A stretch of 64,000 bases of DNA, from contig NW_027271034.1 of NCBI RefSeq assembly GCF_040938485.1, positions 992,001 to 1,056,000 of the forward strand, given 5' to 3'. The notes beneath the pieces were generated by a model that saw nothing but the letters and a program-made list of their open reading frames with translations, was not told where the DNA came from and did no database searches. The position numbers and the translations under genes were made by a program. This document shows, in pieces, positions 13,377-21,902 of the stretch; the first letter of the stretch is position 1, and each line of letters begins with the position of its first letter. Source of the DNA: Diadema antillarum (Eukaryota).

Positions 13377-13940
13377 AAATCAATCATGCTTTTCACATTA
13401 ATAATGTTCAGGGTATGAAACCATGACTTGATACCTACAACTTGCAGAAAACCATATTCGATTCGGTTCAGTGGTCATGGAGAAATGTGGATCTTTGTTA
13501 AGCATGTCATGGGTCCCAATTTCATCCAAGTTTAGCACTTTGATGCTCTTGGCATCCACATGAATGAAAATATTTTGCTCACATTTGACAGGGCAACAAT
13601 TGAATTCAAATTTTATGCATAACATTATACATGTATCAATATCTAACTATGCAAATGTGTAAATATGTAAATATTGCTGTCATGATCATCTTGACAGAAA
13701 AAGAGAGGAAAAAGAAAAAGAAAACAGGAAACACAAAACCGAAAAGAAAGAACACCTTAAAATGGTCTTCAATGAGTTAAAAATTTCACATCTTTCTGTA
13801 ATCATTCATTTTCACACCTTACTAATGTTTGCAAAACTAAGAAGCATGTAATTCATTTTTTTAATTCTTTAGTTGATAATGAAAAAAAAAAAAACTTTTT
13901 CAAAAGATATTTTTGTGACAGAACACAATGAACTTCTTAA

Positions 13941-14109
13941 CCCTAACTAGGCCGGGGGGGGGGGGGGGGGGGGGGGGGGCCTCCGAGGCAATGTGTGTGC
14001 CAATTTTCGTCGCGATCGCGCCATCGACGGCCGAGATCTGGAGGGGGGGGGGGCCTGGGAGCCCTCCCCCGGCTCTATCATCTACCTAAATAGCCCGGCC
14101 TAGTTAGGG
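13941..14109. mobile_element. piggyBac-type MITE
   Basis: TTAA|CCCTAACTAGGCCGG ... CCGGCCTAGTTAGGG|TTAA. Confidence 0.85.
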
Positions 14110-15299
14110 TTAAGCAAAACTTGAAGGGGACTTCTGACATGCTTCACAAAAGTCCTAATTTCTCTGTGAACACTGAAGCAAATTGAATGGGGTTTTCTGC
14201 AGGATGTAGGTAATAAGTTACAGTTTCATACCCTGAAATTACATTTTGATTAACAGGTACTACGTGTACTTTAAAGGTTATCATCGCAGAAAGTCCAAAT
14301 GTAATTTTTGTTGGGACATTCAGTACATGTATATGCCTATATGGTATATGTTTTGGAACCAATCTACAGAGTTTCACACTTTCTCTCATCGCTGGCACTC
14401 ATCTCATTAAAACAGTGAGTAAAGTTGATTGTGTCATTTCCTGTCTAAAATACAGTACAATGTATTCAGTACAAACTGTATTGATCGCATGTGAAGGATT
14501 GATGTTTGAAGGTAACGCTCTGCAAACCAGTACTACCAATAAACTGCAGGTCATGCAAAGAATTCACAGATTTTCTTAGAGATTTATTGAGCATTTTTGC
14601 ATATCCCAATTCACAATTGATATGGCCATCCCGCAAATGACTGGACAGCACAGCAGATGACTTTAAGGTTTGTTTTGTATCTGTTGACCCATTAAGGACA
14701 GACTGATTTTGCTACAACACATTTCCCATAGATACTTGCCTGAGAATACTCAGTACTCATCCTCAACAGGTTAAAAGATGTATGAACACATAAATGAAAA
14801 TGGTACACAAAAGAGCTACAATAACACTACTTTGCAATCAGTTGAATAAATTCAAGTTCATATGCACACATTCCTCTTAAGGAAATGTATTTAACTGTAA
14901 ACAAGAGCAAAACAAAGAAGAAAAGACAAGGTATTTGAAAAGCATTTGATGCTAGCCTAAAGATGGCATTTGAAAAACACAGAGTACCACTTTGTGTTCA
15001 ACTGTTGAAAGGTAAAATGCATTTAGGCATGAAATACAAATTCCATACTGTGCACTGTGGTACATGTATATGTAGTAGCATTTTTGAACATAATGTGCTC
15101 ATGTAAGTTTGAAATTAATTGTACCCTAAGGCTCTTTTCACACAGGTCTAACCTCAAAATATAAAGTATCTTATGCAGAATGCAGAATGACTGAAACAAC
15201 CATATACCATGTGTTTATCAAAAAAAAAAAATGATTTAATAGATTTTAGTAGATTTGTTTCACATCCCACCTAAGGAAACACTGAATAATGATGAGCAG

Positions 15300-15436
15300 G
15301 CAGGCCTGAAGTCTCCTTTGGACTACGCAATGATGATAAAGTGCCTAGCTCCTGTACAGGCACAACCACTGCAGCCACAGGACTCAAACCATGGACCTTA
15401 TTGGATATCCACGGTCTTAGCCATTGAGCCACAAGA
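15300..15436 (-). mobile_element. Degenerate tRNA-derived SINE
   Basis: The reverse strand shows A-box TGGCTCAATGG and B-box GGTTTGAGTCC, followed by a GGCACTTTATCATCATTGC..TAGTCC body. Boundaries are approximate. Confidence 0.5.
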
Positions 15437-15595
15437 GAAAATCAACCTCAAAATGCAAGTCGATACTCTTTTTAACATCTCCAACTTATGCAGCACAGTT
15501 GCAGTAAACTCTTCAAAGATAAATAAAGTACTGATGTTTTCAAATTGTGCTAATACAGCTGTATTGTGATTTCACACATCTTTTCTTGAGTATAT

Positions 15596-15790
15596 TGTAG
15601 TGGATATCCCTCATCCTGGCAACGCGCATCACACTGCGTTGCCAGGCAGCGCACAGCGCGTCATCCATGGCCATGGATGTGCGCGGAGAAGATGCACCTT
15701 GGGCAGTTGGAGACCTGCAGTGAATAAGCTAACACGTAAGTCAATTCAACCCGCTGTTATTAATTCAGTTATTTATAACCCGTTGTAACA
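15596..15790 (+). repeat. 5' LTR
   Basis: TG...CA termini; no difference from the 3' LTR found by eye. Confidence 0.96.
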
Positions 15791-15791
15791 T

Positions 15792-15809
15792 TGGTGTCAG
15801 GAGTGGGAT
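15792..15809 (+). promoter_or_regulatory. Primer-binding site complementary to tRNA-Leu(CAG) 3' end
   Basis: TGGTGTCAGGAGTGGGAT is the reverse complement of ATCCCACTCCTGACACCA, the 3' end of metazoan tRNA-Leu(CAG) as recalled. Confidence 0.85.
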
Positions 15810-15996
15810 GAAACTGAATTATAACCTTAGGTACAAATTGTGAGAGGTGGTTGAATTGATCGAGTGGAGTTATGGGGATAACTTGTTGATGAGATAGGTG
15901 TATTTTGCGTAAGTTGCCAGCTGACGGTAAACTGATGTGTTTCATCTATTGTTAATGTGTGTTTATGATTTATGATCAGTGGCTGATGTACCGAGC

Positions 15997-17094
15997 ATGA
16001 TGCGCCGAACACCGGTAATAACGCGCTCTAAGCGACAAACTAAAACTGCAAAAAGTCGTCAGACATCGAGCGATCAGTCTGCCGTGACTGCCCTACTTAC
16101 GGCGTTGAATGGGTTGACTGTAAGCTTGCAGCAGACTACATCTACGATTAATGCGAAATTAGACTCGGTTACAGCTAGTCAAAAAGAACTTGAAGGGCGC
16201 ATGACAGCTGTTGAAACTAAGCATGAAGAAATAAAAGTTGATCAAGTCAGGGAACCATCTCCGTCGCAACTAATAGAGCAGACTAGTTCGAATCAGAAAC
16301 GCGGCAAAGTGATTCTACCTCCATCGTACAATGGAACAGTGCCGTGGGAAGCTTACTTCTCTCAGTTTTCTTTGTTGGCACGATCAAACGGGTGGGATGA
16401 AGATCAGATGGCTGTTTATCTGGCAGCAAGTTTGACAGGTAAGGCGGCTTCGGTTCTAGCTACCATTCCAGCACAGCAGAGAGGTGAATTTCGGGTATTA
16501 GTGCAAGCCCTTGGAATGCGATTTGGCTGCGTCCATCAGTCGGAACTGAGTCGCGTACAGTTTAGAAATCGTCGACGCCGCCCTGACGAGAGCTTGCCTG
16601 AGTTAGCAGGAGACTTAGAGCGTCTCCTTATGCAGGCATATCCGGACGCAGGCACCGCAATTCACGAGTCGCTAGCTCTCGATCAGTTTATCGACGCCAT
16701 CAGCGATGAGGATATGCGTTTGCGACTTCGTCAACATCGTTGCGCTACGCTTCACGAGGCTTTGCAGCTCGCTCTCGAACTGGAGTCGTTTTCCCTAGCT
16801 AGCAGAGAAAGACAGAGGGATGTCAGGACAAGGGAGGTGAAAGTTGACAATGACATTGGGGGATTGATGGACACGCTGGTTGAGAGACTCGAGAAAGCTA
16901 TCAGACGTGGAAGTGGTGGTAGAGAGAAGACCACACAAAAGGGAAAAGGGCAATGCTACAACTGCGGCGAAGTGGGACACTTTATCAGGGATTGCCCTGA
17001 AATTACGTGTGCCGTCTGCAAACAACGAGGCCATCTAGCAAAGGATTGCACGTTAACTTCTGCTTCCCGGGAGAAGCAGGGAAACGACCAGTAG
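15997..17094 (+). CDS. gag: Retrotransposon Gag (coiled coil, capsid-like region, two CCHC zinc knuckles), 365 aa from first ATG
   Basis: Intact ORF containing PPSYNGTVPWEAYFSQF...NGW, and knuckles CYNCGEVGHFIRDC and CAVCKQRGHLAKDC. Confidence 0.92.
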   Translation: MMRRTPVITRSKRQTKTAKSRQTSSDQSAVTALLTALNGLTVSLQQTTSTINAKLDSVTASQKELEGRMTAVETKHEEIKVDQVREPSPSQLIEQTSSNQKRGKVILPPSYNGTVPWEAYFSQFSLLARSNGWDEDQMAVYLAASLTGKAASVLATIPAQQRGEFRVLVQALGMRFGCVHQSELSRVQFRNRRRRPDESLPELAGDLERLLMQAYPDAGTAIHESLALDQFIDAISDEDMRLRLRQHRCATLHEALQLALELESFSLASRERQRDVRTREVKVDNDIGGLMDTLVERLEKAIRRGSGGREKTTQKGKGQCYNCGEVGHFIRDCPEITCAVCKQRGHLAKDCTLTSASREKQGNDQ

Positions 17095-17140
17095 TCGCCC
17101 TCACGGAGCAGAGGACGACTAGGAACTTTGAGAATGCTCC
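17079..17140 (+). promoter_or_regulatory. -1 programmed ribosomal frameshift signal (slippery heptamer plus H-type pseudoknot)
   Basis: G GGA AAC at 17079-17085 in gag frame, then a 6-nt spacer. Stem 1 is 17092-17102 with 17111-17121 (one C-A mismatch). Loop GGAGCA 17105-17110 pairs with TGCTCC 17135-17140. Confidence 0.85.
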
Positions 17141-18341
17141 AAATCACGTTATGATCAGGTCACTGGGAGGAGAGCCGGGAGGGCTTGTCGTGAGTGGTGA
17201 AGTTGAAGGAGAGGCGTGTAGGTTCCTCGTCGATACTGGGTCAGGGGTGACCTTAATCAGACCGGATGTCTGGGGAAGAATCGAGAGGAAGACACGAATG
17301 CAACTTACTGCAGATGCACGACGAATTGTCACAGTGACTGGTGAGAAGGCGGATGTTAGAGGTACCGCGTGGGTGCGCATTCGCATGGGCCATGACGTGG
17401 TGGAGCATCGTGTTATCGTCGCTGATATTGTCGATGAGGGCATCATTGGCATTGACTTTCTTTCTACGCAAGATTGCATGATCGATATGGCATCTCGAAC
17501 ACTCAAGATGGGTATAAATGAAATTCCACTTCTTCGAGAGGCGTCGGGCGCTAGCAGTATGAAATGCTCGAGAATTGTAGCATCTTTGGCTGAGGTACCA
17601 GAAAGAAATGAAATAAATAATGTACCAGTTGACGTATCAACGAAGTGTGACATGAGAGTAGATGTCACCGAATCTCACCAAGGGGTAGATTATCAAGTGG
17701 GGATAATGTCAGGTGAGACATTGGGTAATTTGGGATCGAGATGCGTTGCTGCACCTGTAGAGTTAGATGCTTGCACTCTTTCTCGTAGCATGTGCAGTGG
17801 AACATGCGAAAGTGTCGAATGTGTTATCAATCCTTCAAATAGGGAGGGAATGAAGGGAGAGATAGAAGGTGTCGAGGTGAAGCAGATTGAGTTGGAACCG
17901 CATTTGAAGCCACCAGCTGGAAGGGGTGGGACGGATCTTTCTATGGAAGAGAAAGATAAAATGCGGAAGTTTCTGCGTAAACGACAGGACCTATTCTCCA
18001 TAACTCCCAGTGGTACAGGACCGAAGGACATATTGACGCCGAAAAGGATGTATGATGAAACTTTAGAGAAAGGAGAACAGGTGTGGCTGCACAATCCTCG
18101 TAGGCGCAAAGGATTATCACCTAAACTCAAGTCGGAGTGGGAGGGACCATTCACAATATTGAAGAGACTGAATGATGTGGTCTACAGAATTCAGATGACC
18201 AAACGAAGCAAGCCCAAAGTTGTGCACCGTGATAGGTTATGGCAGTACAGAGTGCACAAGGAATTCTGGCTGGCTGACGAAGAGACGAAGTTAGCAACAG
18301 TGCTTAATAAGTGCACTCAGACAAGTGATGATGGAAATTAA
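17079..18341 (+). CDS. Truncated Pol in the -1 frame: aspartic protease fused in frame to integrase C-terminal GPY/F region
   Basis: Protease motif FLVDTGSGVTLI and IIGIDFL. No YxDD RT motif, RNase H or DDE core. The C-terminus KGEQVWLHNPRRRKGLSPKLKSEWEGPFTI...VVHRDRL is a Gypsy integrase tail. Confidence 0.88.
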   Translation, partial: GKRPVVALTEQRTTRNFENAPNHVMIRSLGGEPGGLVVSGEVEGEACRFLVDTGSGVTLIRPDVWGRIERKTRMQLTADARRIVTVTGEKADVRGTAWVRIRMGHDVVEHRVIVADIVDEGIIGIDFLSTQDCMIDMASRTLKMGINEIPLLREASGASSMKCSRIVASLAEVPERNEINNVPVDVSTKCDMRVDVTESHQGVDYQVGIMSGETLGNLGSRCVAAPVELDACTLSRSMCSGTCESVECVINPSNREGMKGEIEGVEVKQIELEPHLKPPAGRGGTDLSMEEKDKMRKFLRKRQDLFSITPSGTGPKDILTPKRMYDETLEKGEQVWLHNPRRRKGLSPKLKSEWEGPFTILKRLNDVVYRIQMTKRSKPKVVHRDRLWQYRVHKEFWLADEETKLATVLNKCTQTSDDGN

Positions 18342-18775
18342 GAGTCTTATAGTTGTTGTTGTTGCTGTTGATGTTGTTGAGTTTCTTTATTCATTTAGTT
18401 AGCTTTCAGTTTAGAATGTTTTGGTGTGTGGTGAATTGCGTTTCAGACACCTTCTGACACCATTGTTTTTCATTAGTCTATACGAGTATTTTATTCTTTT
18501 GGATAAAAGAATTTAAAAGAGTAATTCGGATCTCTACCGGACGAGATGCGCGGATCTCGTTTGTCACTTTCAGCATTAGAGCGCTTGAAAATTGGTACCT
18601 GTTGAGGACAGGGATACAGCGCAATGTTCGAGGCGTAACGAATGAGATCAGTGTAGTTAAAAAACAAAAACAAAAAAAAGAGTTGTAGTTCATTATTGGT
18701 TGAATTGAAACGTGTTTGTGTCAAGACAAGGTAATATTTATTTGACGGGACGTCAAATTTGTAAGGAGGGGATAA

Positions 18776-18970
18776 TGTAGTGGATATCCCTCATCCTGGC
18801 AACGCGCATCACACTGCGTTGCCAGGCAGCGCACAGCGCGTCATCCATGGCCATGGATGTGCGCGGAGAAGATGCACCTTGGGCAGTTGGAGACCTGCAG
18901 TGAATAAGCTAACACGTAAGTCAATTCAACCCGCTGTTATTAATTCAGTTATTTATAACCCGTTGTAACA
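18776..18970 (+). repeat. 3' LTR
   Basis: Identical to the 5' LTR, preceded by a polypurine tract. Confidence 0.96.
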
Positions 18971-19270
18971 ATATTATAAGGAAATACCACATTAGTATCA
19001 AATTGTGTTAAAAAGTAATTCAGTCATCATAGAGATATTCATTATAAATAACTTTATAAGCTATTTTGCATTTTGTTAAAACCATAAACATATTCTATAT
19101 ACATGATTAAAAATATGTATTTCAAATACAGTATTTCTTTCTCCACATAATCAAAACCATCAACTAAGCACATAGGCAAAAAGCATCTCCATTTTGCACT
19201 AAATACAGTTTTTAAAAGTCTTCTAAATTCAGCACTCATTCAGACACTTAACATTCAGGTATCTTAAAAA

Positions 19271-19477
19271 CTGTATACGCCGTTATTTTCGCGTACGTAC
19301 AGATATTTTCGCGAATGACGAGGTCATAGACATTTTCGCGAGATGTTGTTTTCGCGAATCGACGCCAACGCTTACGTTTATGCTCTATTAACAAAGCGCA
19401 TGGCGACAATTTCGCGTGTTGTTAAATTCGCGAAATTCGCGAAAATTAAACCCTCACGAAAATAACAGCGTATACAG
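19271..19477. mobile_element. TA-type MITE, same family as 1216-1436
   Basis: CTGTATACGCCGTTATTTTCGCG ... CGAAAATAACAGCGTATACAG|TA. Confidence 0.7.
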
Positions 19478-20627
19478 TAGCATGTCTTACATGCATTCAA
19501 ACTTTACAAAGAACACACACAAGGCACATGATTGTCACAGAATGACAATGCTACATTATCCGACATTCAGAAGAATATATTCCAATCAAAATACAGCTCA
19601 ACACTTGTAGGATCATATACAACGATAAAAATTCTAACAGCAGCTGTAATAAACTGCATGCAGTTTATACTACAGCTGCATCTGTAAGCAAACTGCAGAA
19701 TTACATTTTGTGGAATTTCATTTTGTATACTGGTGAAAAATCTCCTTGCTTCATTCATATTTAGGTGTTTTGTTTTTATCACTTACCCACCAGATTCTCA
19801 TTATGTCTTGAACATTATTTGATAACGGACACACATACACTATCAAAGCAATGAAAGACAACCGGAATGGGAAAAGGCCACAAATTTTCATCAGAAAGCC
19901 ACAAATGAAAAAACAACAAACTCTGTTCACCTGTGTGAAAAAATAAATAAATAAAGTGTTTCAGTTTTTACACTGTTGTTTTAAGGATCTCTTTGACAGT
20001 GTAGTGTGGCATGACAGAAGGTAAAATCTCAAGATACATATTGCCTAGAAATCAGACTGGGAAATTAATGTATTTATGATACATGCATTGAATGAATTTC
20101 TCTGTATTCATAATACAAGAGATAATCACACTCCCTGAAGAGTAAAGAGCTATGAAAGAAAACACATTAAATTCATCTCTCAAACACTACAGTATCAGAA
20201 CAGACTCCTCAATGAAAGAGGGATTATCAGGGTAACTATTTCAGACAAAATGAGTTGCAATGAATAAAGCTTTTCTGTAAAAGTAAAAAAAAAAAATAAA
20301 TAAATAGCTTTACTATCACAAAATTAGATACAGGGTAATAGGAAGGACATTTTTTTTTTTAGGGAAAGGGGGGGGGGGGCAATCCAATCAAAATTAAAAA
20401 GATGATAAAACATTAAGTACTGGCAGTTGCATCGAAATATTCAGTTACAAGACATGCACATGGACAGGTATAGTGTAACATTGTTTTGAAGTTTTGAAGT
20501 TTATATATTGAGGTAACTTTGCAGGTCTTTTATCACTGGTATAATGAGATAACTGATATAACAACAAAAATCCAGCAGTCCCAAGCAGCTTGTTAACACA
20601 AGGTTCCATTGAATTTTATAACTTCAG

Positions 20628-21361
20628 GGGCCATACTCTGAGGGCTTATTAAGTGTCTGATTAGCACTTGATTACTGAATTGGTATTCTGAGAGCTTAAT
20701 TAAGCAGGGGGTCTATTAACTACCATGACGACAAGCGTTTTGGCGGGAAAGTCTTACGCGTTTTCTACGCGCGTACACTTCTAAGAGACGAGTTAATTAC
20801 AAATCGGTATTCTGAGCGTGTGATTAAGTATGAAAGTTAATGGAAAACTTAATGATACCAAAGAGTGTCATTAACTACTCAGATATCACGCATTACAGCA
20901 TTTTTTCCTGGCCAAAACGATGCTTACCGTCTTCGGTAACCGAGGAGCGACTGAATCTTGTTGTCATGGTACCCATAGAATTCAGAGAAAAAAGAAATAT
21001 AGGTGATCTTTGATGAATTTGGCCATTTCATGTGAGCTTTTCGCGTGCGTAGGTGAAGGGTTGTAATCAAAGACCGGAGTGTGCGCAGGGAGCTCTTGCG
21101 TTGTAATTACAGGGGGTGTGTGGAGGAGCGTGCATTGAGGGCATATTTGGGCGCGTGATCATCATTTTGGCTTCTAACAACGCGTCTGATTGGATGGAAT
21201 AACAATTAGATGAGAGGAACCGAAGATAATTATAGGGGACTTAATCATACCTTAATTACGTCCTCAGAATACTGATTTTGCTCATGATCAAGGGCCTATT
21301 AACTTCTCGACTTAATCATGAAGTCAATTACAGACTTAATTACAGCCTCAGAATACCACCC
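20628..21361. mobile_element. PIF/Harbinger-like non-autonomous element
   Basis: Imperfect TIR GGGCCATACTCTGAGGGCTTATTAAG vs (rc) GGGTGGTATTCTGAGGCTGTAATTAAG. The CAG and CTG flanks fit a CWG target but are not identical. Confidence 0.55.
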
Positions 21362-21902
21362 CTGGAATGTTAAATTGCATTGTTCTTTCTTTCTTTTCAA
21401 GTGGTAAGACCGTATATATTCCTATGTATTATCCAAAAAAAAGTGTGGGGGGGGGGGGGCAAAATGACTTTGTTTTGATGAAAAATTTGCTATAACCACC
21501 TTTGTTGTAAGCAAATTTTGCACCATGGACTTTAATGATGACAATTTTGGGGCCTGAAGTTTTACTTCATTATATAAATGAAATCTTGGTATAACAATGT
21601 TTGTTGTAATGGGAGTGCACTGTAGTACTTTTGGAGGCACGTTCAGATGGCACTATGGGCAAAATGTATGTGGGTTTCGTTAGCCAGTAACTGCTCTGTT
21701 GGTGAAATGAATTCCCTGTGACTATTGTTACGGATTTAGTTATCATCTTTCGACATAAATGGGGACAACAGAAATTTTTAAGCAAAAATATGTCCCATTA
21801 AATGTGTGGTGGTTCTGATTACCTGTAAAAAAAAAAAACCCCCCAAAAAAAACACACACATAAAAAGTTTGTTACAGTGAATTCCAATGCAGGCTTTCTG
21901 GA

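Larger units (their letters stand above)
15596..18970 (+). mobile_element. Ty3/Gypsy-type LTR retrotransposon, non-autonomous (gag and protease, RT/RNaseH/IN core deleted)
   Basis: Identical 195-bp LTRs TGTAG...TAACA at 15596-15790 and 18776-18970. TSD ATAT at 15592-15595 and 18971-18974. PBS at 15792-15809 and PPT AAGGAGGGGATAA at 18763-18775. Confidence 0.96.

Noticed and set aside
13954-13979. Long poly-G tracts (also 20366, 27801, 35926 and others) as functional G4 elements
   Set aside because: They are mostly internal to MITEs, and homopolymer lengths are unreliable in assemblies.
15600-15788. Duplicate 62-aa ORFs here and at 18780-18968
   Set aside because: Simply the two identical LTRs.
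17144-18154. Antisense ORFs of 174 and 153 aa
   Set aside because: Shadow frames of the pol-derived ORF with no recognisable motifs.
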